A stretch of 54,382 bases of DNA, taken from assembly GCF_001194135.2 (NCBI RefSeq), contig NC_069005.1, positions 26,270,246-26,324,627 on the forward strand, in the 5' to 3' direction. Under the pieces are notes generated by a model that did no database searches, was not told the origin of the DNA, and saw only the letters and a list, made by a program, of their open reading frames with translations. Source of the DNA: Octopus bimaculoides. Its lineage: Eukaryota. Made by a program: the position numbers and the translations under genes. Positions within the stretch are counted from its first letter, which is position 1. The number at the start of each line of letters is the position of its first letter. Positions 34,623-47,149 of the stretch are shown one piece after another.

Positions 34623-36202
34623 ATGGCTTCAAAAAGAAAGAATTCTGAGATGCAAAGCAAGGATAAGATGAAACGTAAATCAATTACTTTAGAAATGAAA
34701 TACGAATTGATTAAACAACACGAAAAATGGTGCAACTGTTAAAGATTTACCTAAACGTTTGATATGGTTCCTTTATCTGTTTGTGCCATCTTGAAGCAAA
34801 AGGAAGTTTATTTAAATAAAGTTGAAGGAAGTCACTCTCTAAGTTCAACTTCGTTACGAAGAAAAGATAATGAAAGTTTAATTTCACGCAGAGAAATGCC
34901 TTTGACAGCTTGGATTAACGATTAAAACGCCGTGCTTTAAATGGAATTGATAAGATGAATTTTCCTGTAATCTGGAAGCATAACAAAAAGAGCTTGGGTG
35001 ACAGGAACTCTATTTGAAGATTGGTTTTCTAATCACTTTGTTCCCGAAGCAGAAAATATTGTAAGGATCAAAAAATTCCTTTCAAAATTCTTTTGATAAT
35101 GGATAATGCCGCCAGTCATGCTGCAATTTTAAACCATCACCATCAAAATATTAATGTTTTTTTTTTACCTCCCAATACAACATCTTTAGGGCTGCCTTAT
35201 GAATCAAGGATCCATTTTCATCGTTTAAATCTTACTATCTTCGTTTCACCTTTGGAAGACTCATCGAAGTAACCGATAAAGAAAATGGTCCTACGATTCG
35301 AGAATTTTGGAAGAGTTTCAACATCCTTGGTGCTATAAAATTGATAAAGAAAGCATGGGATAAAATCACCGTAAAGAACATGAAAGGAATTTGGAGAAAT
35401 CTCTGTCCCAAATTAATTGAAAAATTTGAAGGATTTGATAATCTTTATGAAGGTCTTCAAAAAGAAACTGACACAATCATAAACATTGCAATGGAATTGA
35501 ATTTTGAAATTTCACCTGAAGATGTTAAAGAAGTTTTTTTATGCTGACAGTAATGATATCACATATGGAGAATTGCTAGAAATGGAAAAGTTTGAACGTA
35601 AAGAAGAAGAAGAAGAAGAAGAAGAAAATGAAGAATCGCCTGAAAGATGCTGCTCTGCAAAAACGCTAAATGCAGCATTTCTTCACATCGAAAAAGCAAT
35701 TGAAATCTTTGAGTAGCAAGATGCTGATTTTGAAAGAAGCTCAACTGTTGCTGCAAATTTAATAAGAGGTCATGCTTGTCATCATGAAATCTACCGTGAA
35801 ATGAAGAAGAAATCTGTTCAACAAACAACTTGAGATCATTTTTTAACGACGAAAACTAATGCGCACCAAACATGAAAACAAGAAGAAACTCAACAAATAG
35901 AATTGGCATACGCTCAAGAGTCCCCAGTGACGACAGACTCGATGGATACGAATAAAATTTCATGGGTTGAATTTTTTTGTTTTATGTTTTTCTGGGGTTT
36001 TTTTTTTTCATTTTGTAGTTTATGATTTAATTAAAAAATTAAACTCTTGAATATTGCTATTTTTATCTTTACCTTTTTTTTAGATTTTAGAAAGTTTAAG
36101 AATCCACTTCTTTCGTGGAAACCAATTAAAGGTGTATTCATTGTTTTCTATGGACGATAATACCTCACTATACGAATTTTTCACTTTACAAATCTAGTCA
36201 GG
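34623..36202 (+). mobile_element. pogo/Tigger (CENP-B HTH + DDE_1) transposase remnant
   Basis: KRKSITLEMKYELIKQHEK, LIMDNAASHA, FLPPNTTSL, IKKAWDKITVKNMKGIWRNLCP and an acidic tail. Multiple frameshifts. Confidence 0.85.
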
Positions 36203-36375
36203 NNNNNNNNNNNNNNNNNNNNNNNNNNNNNNNNNNNNNNNNNNNNNNNNNNNNNNNNNNNNNNNNNNNNNNNNNNNNNNNNNNNNNNNNNNNNNNNNNN
36301 NNNNNNNNNNNNNNNNNNNNNNNNNNNNNNNNNNNNNNNNNNNNNNNNNNAGATAGATAGATAGATAGATAGACA

Positions 36376-36480
36376 GGCCTGGCAGAGTCTTTGGAACGTT
36401 AGAAAATGCTTTGCGTTATTTCTTTCGGGCCTTTGTATTCTGAATTCAAATTCCGCCGAGGTTAACTCTGCTTTTCATCC
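36376..36480 (+). mobile_element. Family A SINE 5' half, diverged
   Basis: CTGGCAGAG...TTCAAATTCCGCCGAGGT...CTTTTCATCC. Confidence 0.7.
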
Positions 36481-36534
36481 TTACGTAGTGAATTGCAGTG
36501 AAAATACATATATATATATATGCACACACACACA

Positions 36535-36573
<39 letters not shown>

Positions 36574-37388
36574 CGTGCGTTCGTGCGTTCAGAGATAAAG
36601 AGAGAGGGAATTGGATAGACAGACGCAGAATGTAATGCAGACAAGGGTAACCTCAACAGCATTATAGGCCCTCCGGTTGTACAATGTCCTCGGGCCCCCG
36701 GTAAAACACAACTACAACATTGACAGATTTGCATTGGGTCCCGAGACCCGTATCCCTTCGCCCTCTGAACAAATGTCCAGTGTCCCCATGCGTTGTGACG
36801 GCACTGATACAGACATGCAGACAGTCAAGCCGACAGACTGAAGCACGGTGTGATACCGACAGACAAACAAACAGCGAGTATATTAGGTTCTCCGATATAT
36901 CATTAAATGGAGAGGAATTAAAAATCATCCAAAATAATCCGTGTAGCAGAAATCAAACAGAAAGATAATTAGTTAAACATTGAATATTTGAGATAGGAAA
37001 CCCTTCTTCTTGTCGCTCCTTCATCTCGAAAGATCGCTATTGATCTAAGCCTAACGGCTACGATGGTAATGTTTATTGGACGACGATTCGTTGTTCACAC
37101 TAAGGTTATAAGTTACTTAGTCAATTTCTATAATGTTGAAAGGTCGTTGTATAGTGTTAAAAACAAATAATATCAAACAGTCAAATGTTAAATTCTAAGA
37201 ATTGGAGGAGAAATATGAGAGAATGTCAAGTGGAGTGAGAGAGATTTCTGGACTTTTCTTTCTGTCCTAGTTTCTGTCGTATTTCTCTTATAGTTTCTCA
37301 TATTTTTTTGTCTTATTTTTGTCGAATTTCCGTTGTATATCTAACATACATTCCGTCATATTTCCGTAGTATTTCTGATATAGTTTCT

Positions 37389-37428
<40 letters not shown>

Positions 37429-38571
37429 NNNNNNNNNNNNNNNNNNNNNNNNNNNNNNNNNNNNNNNNNNNNNNNNNNNNNNNNNNNNNNNNNNNNNNNN
37501 NNNNNNNNNNNNNNNNNNNNNNNNNNNNNNNNNNNNNNNNNNNNNNNNNNNNNNNNNNNNNNNNNNNNNNNNNNNNNNNNNNNNNNNNNNNNNNNNNNNN
37601 NNNNNNNNNNNNNNNNNNNNNNNNNNNNNNNNNNNNNNNNNNNNNNNNNNNNNNNNNNNNNNNNNNNNNNNNNNNNNNNNNNNNNNNNNNNNNNNNNNNN
37701 NNNNNNNNNNNNNNNNNNNNNNNNNNNNNNNNNNNNNNNNNNNNNNNNNNNNNNNNNNNNNNNNNNNNNNNNNNNNNNNNNNNNNNNNNNNNNNNNNNNN
37801 NNNNNNNNNNNNNNNNNNNNNNNNNNNNNNNNNNNNNNNNNNNNNNNNNNNNNNNNNNNNNNNNNNNNNNNNNNNNNNNNNNNNNNNNNNNNNNNNNNNN
37901 NNNNNNNNNNNNNNNNNNNNNNNNNNNNNNNNNNNNNNNNNNNNNNNNNNNNNNNNNNNNNNNNNNNNNNNNNNNNNNNNNNNNNNNNNNNNNNNNNNNN
38001 NNNNNNNNNNNNNNNNNNNNNNNNNNNNNNNNNNNNNNNNNNNNNNNNNNNNNNNNNNNNNNNNNNNNNNNNNNNNNNNNNNNNNNNNNNNNNNNNNNNN
38101 NNNNNNNNNNNNNNNNNNNNNNNNNNNNNNNNNNNNNNNNGCGGTGGTGGTGGTGGCAGTAGTAGTGGTGGTGGCAGTGATGGTGGTGGTGATGATGATG
38201 ATGATGGTGGTGGTGATGATGATGATGATGGTGGTGGCAGTGGTACTGGTGGTGGTGGTGGTCATGGCAGTGGCGGTTAAGGTAGTGATAACGGTGTCAC
38301 GAAATGAAACGGAGACTGAGGTTTCAGACAGGGCTAATTGTTGTAGAAGACAATGAGGTGAGAGGTCTGTTGCAAGGCTGTAACGCACTCGACGAGTGTT
38401 GAAAAGATGACAGCAACAGAAATAGAAAGTTCACAAGCAACAAGAAGAGAAACGACACAACGCAGACTGAATGTGTGTAGTATTTGAAGGAGCTGCCGAT
38501 TCAATAGCTTAGTACTTCAGAAGGTTTGGTCTTAGCATTGTCCCTGATGCCATGCACATACACACATACAA

Positions 38572-38612
<41 letters not shown>

Positions 38613-38831
38613 GAAACTCACACACACACACTCGCATGCAGGTACGCACAATATTCTTCTCATCAGGGAATGCAAGTTATTCGTGTGTGTACATGCATAC
38701 ATACATACATATATGTGTGTGCGCGCCCGTGTGTGCAGGTGCGTGTGTTTGTATGTGTGTAATATATATGTGCATATTGTATACATTATATACATAATAT
38801 GTGTGTATGCATATATATTATATATAATAAA

Positions 38832-38871
<40 letters not shown>

Positions 38872-38873
38872 GT

Positions 38874-38904
<31 letters not shown>

Positions 38905-39144
38905 TCTTGTGTTTAGAGAGGGTTATTAATCCAATAACAATTTTAATAAACACACGCACTGGTTCAGTGCCACTTCTTTCTTTTACCAACTAACTATCCA
39001 ATGGTTTGTTTAATGTGTTGATTGAACAATCAATGGGTTGTTAATTTTCGTCGCTCATCAATGACATGCGCTCACTCTTCAAGTAGTGTTTTGCGTCTGT
39101 CTGAGAACTAGTCTTGTGCTAATACGTGTGCGCGCGTGTGTATG

Positions 39145-39176
<32 letters not shown>

Positions 39177-39254
39177 GAATAAAAAGTTTTGAGTGGTACA
39201 ACAATGCACTATAATACAAAAAATGGACTATATACCTGTTGTAATTTAGTTATC

Positions 39255-39304
39255 CATAATCCTATGATATTTCGGAATACAATTCCTTCTTCAGATATTC
39301 TTAG
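39255..39304 (-). ncRNA. Degenerate hammerhead-like motif
   Basis: Minus strand CTGAAGA-A-GGAAT-TGT-ATTCC-GAAA-TATCATA. Core and stem II are good, stems I and III are poor. Confidence 0.45.
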
Positions 39305-39352
39305 ATGGAGTCTCTGCTATAAACTGTTTTCCAACGGCTTTTCTTTTTTCGG

Positions 39353-39478
39353 AAGCGTCTCAGTAGTGGTCTCACGAAGCTCGTACTGGAATTCCTCATG
39401 AGAATTGCGTGAGGTCGGCTATGAGGAATTCCGGCAGGAGCTTCGTGGGACCACTACTGAGACGCTTGAGAACCCCTG
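39353..39478. mobile_element. Palindromic non-autonomous hAT/MITE fragment
   Basis: 47-bp arms 39353-39399 / 39421-39467 with 4 mismatches. TTGAGAACCCCTG at 39466-39478 is the reverse complement of the hAT-type TIR CAGGGGTTCTCAA. Confidence 0.7.
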
Positions 39479-39669
39479 CTCTGGACTATTTGCGTATGTA
39501 CCTCAGACCAGCGATTCAGTGTTTTTTGAAAATTGGAAATCTTAAATAGACGTTTTCCCTTGACGCGCTATTCTGCAGCTAATGAGCGCATTAATGAAAC
39601 ATATCCATTAAGTATTTGACATTGATAATGTTTACATTGTTAGAGTTGTTTAATTCGAATTTACTATAT

Positions 39670-39739
<70 letters not shown>

Positions 39740-40024
39740 TACATATACATATCATCCGTACACACTTGTATGTAGATGCGCTAGTGTGTACGTATGAATA
39801 TAACTGTGATAAAATTGTAATATCAATCAAATATATCAAGAAAATTGCTGAAACCGCTGCAGATGGGAATTGAATCCTGTTCAATCATTGTCAAGTGTTT
39901 AATTATAAGTTAAGGTGTGAAGATTCACATAACTGATGTTGGCCTCAAGATGAAGGACAACCCTTTGGGTTCCTGACAGAAGAAAAATAGATCATAACGT
40001 TGATATGAGGCATAATAAAACTCT

Positions 40025-40306
40025 AATATCGGTTTCAAATTTTGGAACAAGACCAGTAATGCCGGGTGAGGGAGTAAGTCGATTATATTGATCCTAATGT
40101 TCAAATGGCGGTTATTTGAACTCAGAACATAAAGACGGACGAAATATCGCTTAGCATCGGGCTAACGATTCTTTTTTATTCTAGGCAAAGGCCCGAAATT
40201 TTGGGGGAGGGAGCCAGTTGATTAGATCGACCCCAGTCCGCAACTGGTACTTAATTTATCGACCCCATAAGGATGAAAGGGGAAGTCGACCTCGGCGGAA
40301 TTTGAA
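40025..40306 (-). mobile_element. Two abutting family A SINE copies (40173-40306 and 40025-40172)
   Basis: Both match the reverse complement of family A; the 40025-40172 copy has an internal deletion. Confidence 0.75.
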
Positions 40307-40740
40307 AGAAAGGAGAGAGAAAGAAAGGAAGAGGGGAGGGGAGGGGCTAGAAAGAGAGAGGGAGAGAAAGAGGGAGAGAGAGAGAGAAAGGGGCATGGTG
40401 AGAGAGAGAAAGGGGCATGGTGAGAGAGAGAAAGAAAGGAAACGAAGAGGGAGAGAGAAAGAGAGAAATAGGGAGAGGAAAGAGAAAGAGAGAGAGGCGT
40501 GGTAGGAGAGAGAAAGAGAGGGAAAGAGGGAAGGGAAGGGGAGAGAGAAAGAGCGAAAGAAAAAGAGGAAGAGGCAGGGTGAGAGAGAGAGAGAAAGGGA
40601 GAGGATTGACTTAAGTACTGAACTAGTACTTTATTTATCGATATCGAAGCGATGTAAAACAATGTTGACCTCGGCTAGATTTGAACCCGGAACCCAGAGA
40701 TTCGGAATGAATACCGCAAAGTATTCCAACTGACATTCAC

Positions 40741-41430
40741 CACCTATTGTTATTGCTCAGAATAGCTAGATGCAATAAATTGCCTCCATGTTATTGTTAA
40801 GAGTAGCCAAGACATTATAAATAGTTTCCATGTTAATGTTAACAGTGGCTAAATGTTATTGTAGCCAAACTAAATTTAGCCAGAGCTGGATGCTATTAAC
40901 TCATTATGGTATATGGAACAGTTGTTATAAATGCTGTACATGTGATCTTCAGCACATGATAGAACAAGTGTTATAAACAGCCGCCATATTTAATTTAGCA
41001 ACAATTGAGTGGTGTAAATAATATTCAAGTTATTTGTAGCAGGCATTGGCTGTTTATGAATAGTCTTGAGGGATATTTTCAAGAGATGAGTGTTATGCAT
41101 GAACAATATGTTAGTTTTCGCAAGAGTGAGAACTTATGAATGGACCCAATGTTTTTTGTTAATGGGATCTCGGCGTATTAAATAGTCTCTCTGTTACTAA
41201 TAATCTTTTATGCTATTGTTATCAAGAGCTGGGTGTTAGAGATGGTGTCCATGTTGTTGATAAGAAGAGCTGGTTGTAAGAATTAATCTCCATGTTATTG
41301 TTAATAACAAGAGCTAGACATTATGCTTATAATCTGCGATTTATCGTTAAGAAGCACTAGATGTAATGAATATAGTTTATGCTATCTTTAACACGAGATA
41401 TATGTTACAAATAGTCTCGTTCTTATCTTT
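40741..41430. repeat. Degenerate ~42-45 bp minisatellite
   Basis: Recurrent units resembling AAGAGCTAGATGTTATAAATAGTCTCCATGTTATTGTTAAC, clearest at 41224-41380 and 40761-40845. Confidence 0.55.
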
Positions 41431-41923
41431 TATAAAATATATCTACTATAGTGTGCTGGTTATATGTAGCGGACACTGAAGTTTTCCAATAGTATTTTCA
41501 ATGGCGGCAGAGTGTTATGGCTTAAGATATCACCATAAACAGAACCTTGATGGTATAAATATTCTCTCTGTTATCTTTTGGCTATAATGAATGATTTAAG
41601 ACAAGAAAATATTTGAGATGGTTTTAGTTTACGTTTTGTACATGGCGAGACGAGAGATTAAAAGAATTTATGAATATGTCTTATGATGTTCCCTTCAATC
41701 CATACGCTCGTGTGCCCTGGGATTCCATGCACCATATCACCACCTGTACATCAACAAGCTATTGTTATCGCCTCCCACAATGACCACTTCTGTATGATAA
41801 TACCTTTCTTTCTTCCAGAACCTTCCGCACTCAATCAGCCACGTTTTGGCATATATATTCATATGTAGATGGCTGGCTGGCTGGCTGGCTGGCTGACTGG
41901 ATGGATGGATGGATGGATGGATG

Positions 41924-41998
<75 letters not shown>

Positions 41999-41999
41999 C

Positions 42000-42043
<44 letters not shown>

Positions 42044-42180
42044 TTATGTTGGTACAAACAGGAAAAATAGAACTTCAACTCTGTATGTGTGTATGTGTGT
42101 ATGTGCGTATGTGTGTGTATGTGTGTGTGTATGTGTGTGTGTATGTATGTGTATGTGTGTGTGTGTATGAGAGAGAGAGA

Positions 42181-42276
42181 GACTGTGTGGTAAGAAGCTT
42201 GCTTCGCAACCACATGATTCTGGGTTCAGTCCTACTGCATAGCACCTTGGGCAAGTGTCTTCTACTATAGCCTCGG
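42181..42276 (+). mobile_element. Family B SINE head
   Basis: CTGTGTGGTAAGAAGCTTGC...GGGTTCAGTCC...CTATAGCCTCGG. Another head-only copy lies at 48391-48430. Confidence 0.8.
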
Positions 42277-42278
42277 TG

Positions 42279-42420
42279 GTCAACTGGTACTTATTTTATC
42301 GTTCCCTAAAAGATGAAAGGCAAAGTTGATTTCAGCGGTATTTGAATTCAGAATGTAAAGACGCACGAAATACTACTAGGCATTTTGTCCAGTGTTCTAA
42401 CAGTTCTGCCAGCTTGTCGC
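42279..42420 (-). mobile_element. Family A SINE 5' two-thirds
   Basis: Reverse complement GCGACAAGCTGGCAGAAC...GAATTCAAATACC...GTACCAGTTG. Confidence 0.8.
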
Positions 42421-42489
42421 TTTCTTCTAGATGTTCATATTCAAAACACACTTCATGGCTGCGCCGAAAACATCCACCAGACTCAGACA

Positions 42490-42660
42490 TTTTCTGCACT
42501 ATGTCAACAAATAGCATTTCCCCCACTAGCATATGTATGGTCTTAGTCTTAGCTTTGAGGTGTGACGTCTTAAGTATGTTAGCGTCAGGCCTTGTATGTT
42601 TGTAGAGGACAAGTGTTGAAAAGCAAAACGCCTCTCCGAGGATTGCTGACAGACAGACTG
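42490..42660 (-). mobile_element. RTE-clade LINE reverse transcriptase fragment
   Basis: LYKHTRPDANILKTSHLKAKTKTIHMLVGEMLFVD ~ RTE VYLHTRSDGKLFNLARLKAKTK...EMLFADD. Confidence 0.65.
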
Positions 42661-42699
42661 AAAATAAATAATGTGGAAGATAGAATGTATCTTGCTTTA

Positions 42700-43750
42700 T
42701 TCTCACTGTAAGATCAAGCTGTGCAGAACTACAGACCACGAGTGCGAGAAGTTCTGTTCTTATAATGAGCAGCTTGTAAGACAACTTTAACGTTCAGAAG
42801 TCTGGTGGCTGTCCAAAAGTATTTGCTTAACAAGATGCTTAAGTCTTTTGATAGTTTATCTAACTTTCGAGAAAGTGAAAGGGACAGTGATGTGGTTGGA
42901 GAAATAAAAACATTAAAAAATAGCATCTCTTATGTAGATTGGTTATTTGAAAAGCTTAATGAAGTATCACTTCGTTATCAGGGACAATTCATGACATTGA
43001 TTGATTGTAAAATAACATTGAAAGTATTTACTGAAAAATTGGACATCTTTCAAGCAAATTTACTTTCAATGTAAATATTTGACATGCTTAGGTTGGAGGA
43101 AATCCCTTTTTCACTGAGTAAAATGGATCTTGAAACAAATTCTGGATCACTTATTATCGTTAAAAACATATGAATAAAATATTCTCTGATTTATTTTCGT
43201 TTGATGTAAACTGATGGATGACAGATCGAGTTTAGCGTAATGCTGTGTCAGATGAAAAAGAAATTAAGGAAGAATTGAACTGTGATGCAAAAATAACTCA
43301 AAATATATGTGTAGTAATGTAGCAGAGACTGACATCTGGTCATTAAAAACCCGTAAAATACTCTATCCAAGGTTATTGACCGAAATGGTCAAAATAATTG
43401 TCTGTTTTCCAACATCGTATATGGCTGGAACCGAGTTTAGTTCGGTGAATAAATTACTAAATAAAGAAACAGAATGGATGACTGCAAGGTTATGGACCGA
43501 AGAAACATTGAATTCTGTTCATTAAAAAACTGTTAAACTCTATATCCGAGGTGACTGACCGAAATGGCTAAAATAATTGTCTGTTTTCCAACCTTATATA
43601 TGGTTGAAACCGAGTTTAGTTCAGTGAATAAATTACGAGACAAAGAAATAGATTGGCTCTATGAAAAAAATGAGGACTTAAGAATGAAAATCAACGATCT
43701 TAAACATTATTTGTACAGGATCTCATTCAATAAAAGGAGGAAGTTTGAAA
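42700..43750 (+). mobile_element. hAT (Buster/ZBED-like) transposase remnant
   Basis: SEVWWLS (~HTEVRWLS) at 42794, LFEKLNEVSLRYQG, and C-terminal dimerisation-like YPRLLTEMVKIIVCFPTSYMAGTEFSSVN present twice. Confidence 0.75.
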
Positions 43751-43825
43751 GGTCTTTATTTAAATTTAACCCTCTTTTTTTGTAAGTTGGAGGGAATATG
43801 AAAATACAGTGAAGAAAAAAATGTT

Positions 43826-43946
43826 TACTCTTTTACTCTTTTACTCTTTTATTTGTTTCAGTCATTTGACGGCGGCCATGCTGGAGCACCGCCTTTAGTC
43901 GAGCAAATCGACCCCAGGACTTATTCTTTGTAAGCCTAGTACCTAT
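43826..43946 (-). mobile_element. Family B SINE 3' end, running into a gap
   Basis: Near-identical to 30386-30500, with (TACTCTTT)n tail. Confidence 0.85.
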
Positions 43947-46066
43947 NNNNNNNNNNNNNNNNNNNNNNNNNNNNNNNNNNNNNNNNNNNNNNNNNNNNNN
44001 NNNNNNNNNNNNNNNNNNNNNNNNNNNNNNNNNNNNNNNNNNNNNNNNNNNNNNNNNNNNNNNNNNNNNNNNNNNNNNNNNNNNNNNNNNNNNNNNNNNN
44101 NNNNNNNNNNNNNNNNNNNNNNNNNNNNNNNNNNNNNNNNNNNNNNNNNNNNNNNNNNNNNNNNNNNNNNNNNNNNNNNNNNNNNNNNNNNNNNNNNNNN
44201 NNNNNNNNNNNNNNNNNNNNNNNNNNNNNNNNNNNNNNNNNNNNNNNNNNNNNNNNNNNNNNNNNNNNNNNNNNNNNNNNNNNNNNNNNNNNNNNNNNNN
44301 NNNNNNNNNNNNNNNNNNNNNNNNNNNNNNNNNNNNNNNNNNNNNNNNNNNNNNNNNNNNNNNNNNNNNNNNNNNNNNNNNNNNNNNNNNNNNNNNNNNN
44401 NNNNNNNNNNNNNNNNNNNNNNNNNNNNNNNNNNNNNNNNNNNNNNNNNNNNNNNNNNNNNNNNNNNNNNNNNNNNNNNNNNNNNNNNNNNNNNNNNNNN
44501 NNNNNNNNNNNNNNNNNNNNNNNNNNNNNNNNNNNNNNNNNNNNNNNNNNNNNNNNNNNNNNNNNNNNNNNNNNNNNNNNNNNNNNNNNNNNNNNNNNNN
44601 NNNNNNNNNNNNNNNNNNNNNNNNNNNNNNNNNNNNNNNNNNNNNNNNNNNNNNNNNNNNNNNNNNNNNNNNNNNNNNNNNNNNNNNNNNNNNNNNNNNN
44701 NNNNNNNNNNNNNNNNNNNNNNNNNNNNNNNNNNNNNNNNNNNNNNNNNNNNNNNNNNNNNNNGTGTCAAATTTAGCCCGAACACCCTATAGATATATGT
44801 GTGTACGTACATGTACACACACACATACACACACAAACACACACACGTACATATATACATTCATGCATACATACATATATACATGTAATTTGTATGTATG
44901 CATATATGTATATTAATTTGATATGTGTATAATGTTAAAGATACATGTGCATCAGTGTCTGTCAGTGAATGTATTTACGTATGTATGTTTGCACGCACGT
45001 ATACATGTATGTATGTATGTATGTATGTATGTATGTATGTCGTTTGGCGTTCATTTTACACTCTTACAAGGGAGCGTCTACGTGGTGTCATGGCCTGCTA
45101 GAAATACTCGGTAAATTCGTCTCTCTGATCATACTCTACCGTCAAAAAAATGTAGACGTCGTCGTATTAGATAATGTAGTTTCTGGAAATAAAACGAAAC
45201 AAATAAAAAAAATTTTTTTTTTAAAGATGGATGGATGGCGTGATCACAGCTGGAATGCGTTTGATCATGGCTGACTCGATCAGAGCTGACCTAGAGCTAA
45301 ACAACATCAACAATCTATTTTTCTGCTATATATTGTTACCTCCTATTACTTGAAATCAATACTACTCACAGAAATTCCAATGGAGAAACGGAGAAAGGAA
45401 GAAACTGTGAATGGGAGAAACGGGGGAATGGAGATTGGAGAAATGGAGAATGGAGAATGGAGATTTCATACGCTTAGTTGTCATGGCGGTGATAATGTAC
45501 TGCAACTATGAACTGAATTCATTCCATTAAGCGCGCGTCTCCTGTCTCCATCAACGCAGCATTCGATAAACTCTCTCAGGCAGCAAACAAATTTCTTCCA
45601 ACAGAGTCTGTGTTTGAATGCTTCGGTTTTTGGCCAATTCATAGCAAACTAAACTGCAAATTGCTTCTCTCTTCATCTCTTTACCAATTCCGACCGATTC
45701 ATCGATTCCTCCATCTTGGCGAATTTTTTTTTTTTTTCATGTCTCTGTCTCCTTGCTAATTCTCGCTCGTTTTGTCGCTTCACTCTCAAAACAATATTCA
45801 GCCTTGATTGCATACTTTTATCTCGAGCTTCACTTTGATTTTATTTCTCACCTTTTGCTGTATTATTTCTAATTTTCTTGATCCTGTACTCACACTACGT
45901 TCCATTTATATACCATACTATATTGTTCTGTATACCATACTATATAAAAAAAAGTTCTCTTATTCTCCATTACTTCACTGCAATTCGTATGAGTAATATC
46001 GATTTCAAGAAATCGGTAGTAACAATATATAGCAAAAAAAACTAATTTTATTATTGCCGTTATAAT

Positions 46067-46098
<32 letters not shown>

Positions 46099-46262
46099 TT
46101 GCTGCTGTTGTTCAGCTCCAGGTCTGCTTCTGGTTGAAGATCGGTGAGGCTGATGCCGTCAATATTCCATTTAGCTTATTGCAAGTCGACACTTCCAAGG
46201 AAGACATAAGCAGCGGAAGAGATTCCAGACGACTGATGTGGGAGGTACGGTACGTTGCCGAG

Positions 46263-46510
46263 TAGGTTGGGTGTTGCACTCACGATTACAAAACCGTGGT
46301 TTCGATTCCCCGGGGCCGGACCGAGCGGTGCGTTGTGTGTTTTCCAGCAAAACACTTCGTTTCACGTTGCTCCAGTTCACACAACCGTATATGAGAAACC
46401 CTGTAACGGAATTGCTTCCAATTCAGTGGGGCTGATGCGATCTTGGTAACTTAAACGACAGGGGAACCGGGGAACTTGGCCCTATGAGCCTCGTGGCTTG
46501 AAACAATAAT
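46263..46510 (+). mobile_element. tRNA-derived SINE (H2 + T2-like), diverged
   Basis: GTTTCGATTCCC, CAAAACACTTCGTTTCACGTTGCTCCAG and a GGAACCGGGGAAC...GCCCTATGAGCC tail. Confidence 0.65.
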
Positions 46511-47149
46511 GCCTAAAGGTTGNNNNNNNNNNNNNNNNNNNNNNNNNNNNNNNNNNNNNNNNNNNNNNNNNNNNNNNNNNNNNNNNNNNNNNNNNNNNNN
46601 NNNNNNNNNNNNNNNNNNNNNNNNNNNNNNNNNNNNNNNNNNNNNNNNNNNNNNNNNNNNNNNNNNNNNNNNNNNNNNNNNNNNNNNNNNNNNNNNNNNN
46701 NNNNNNNNNNNNNNNNNNNNNNNNNNNNNNNNNNNNNNNNNNNNNNNNNNNNNNNNNNNNNNNNNNNNNNNNNNNNNNNNNNNNNNNNNNNNNNNNNNNN
46801 NNNNNNNNNNNNNNNNNNNNNNNNNNNNNNNNNNNNNNNNNNNNNNNNNNNNNNNNNNNNNNNNNNNNNNNNNNNNNNNNNNNNNNNNNNNNNNNNNNNN
46901 NNNNNNNNNNNNNNNNNNNNNNNNNNNNNNNNNNNNNNNNNNNNNNNNNNNNNNNNNNNNNNNNNNNNNNNNNNNNNNNNNNNNNNNNNNNNNNNNNNNN
47001 NNNNNNNNNNNNNNNNNNNNNNNNNNNNNNNNNNNNNNNNNNNNNNNNNNNNNNNNNNNNNNNNNTTACCCAACATTTACTTCTTCGATATACTGCTTCT
47101 AATTAATTGACACACTGTTGCAGTAACCTGTAGTAGCATGATCCACCCT

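Noticed and set aside
40741-41430. CRISPR-like repeat-spacer array
   Set aside because: Units are degenerate along their whole length with no constant repeat and unique spacer; the context is eukaryotic with no cas genes.
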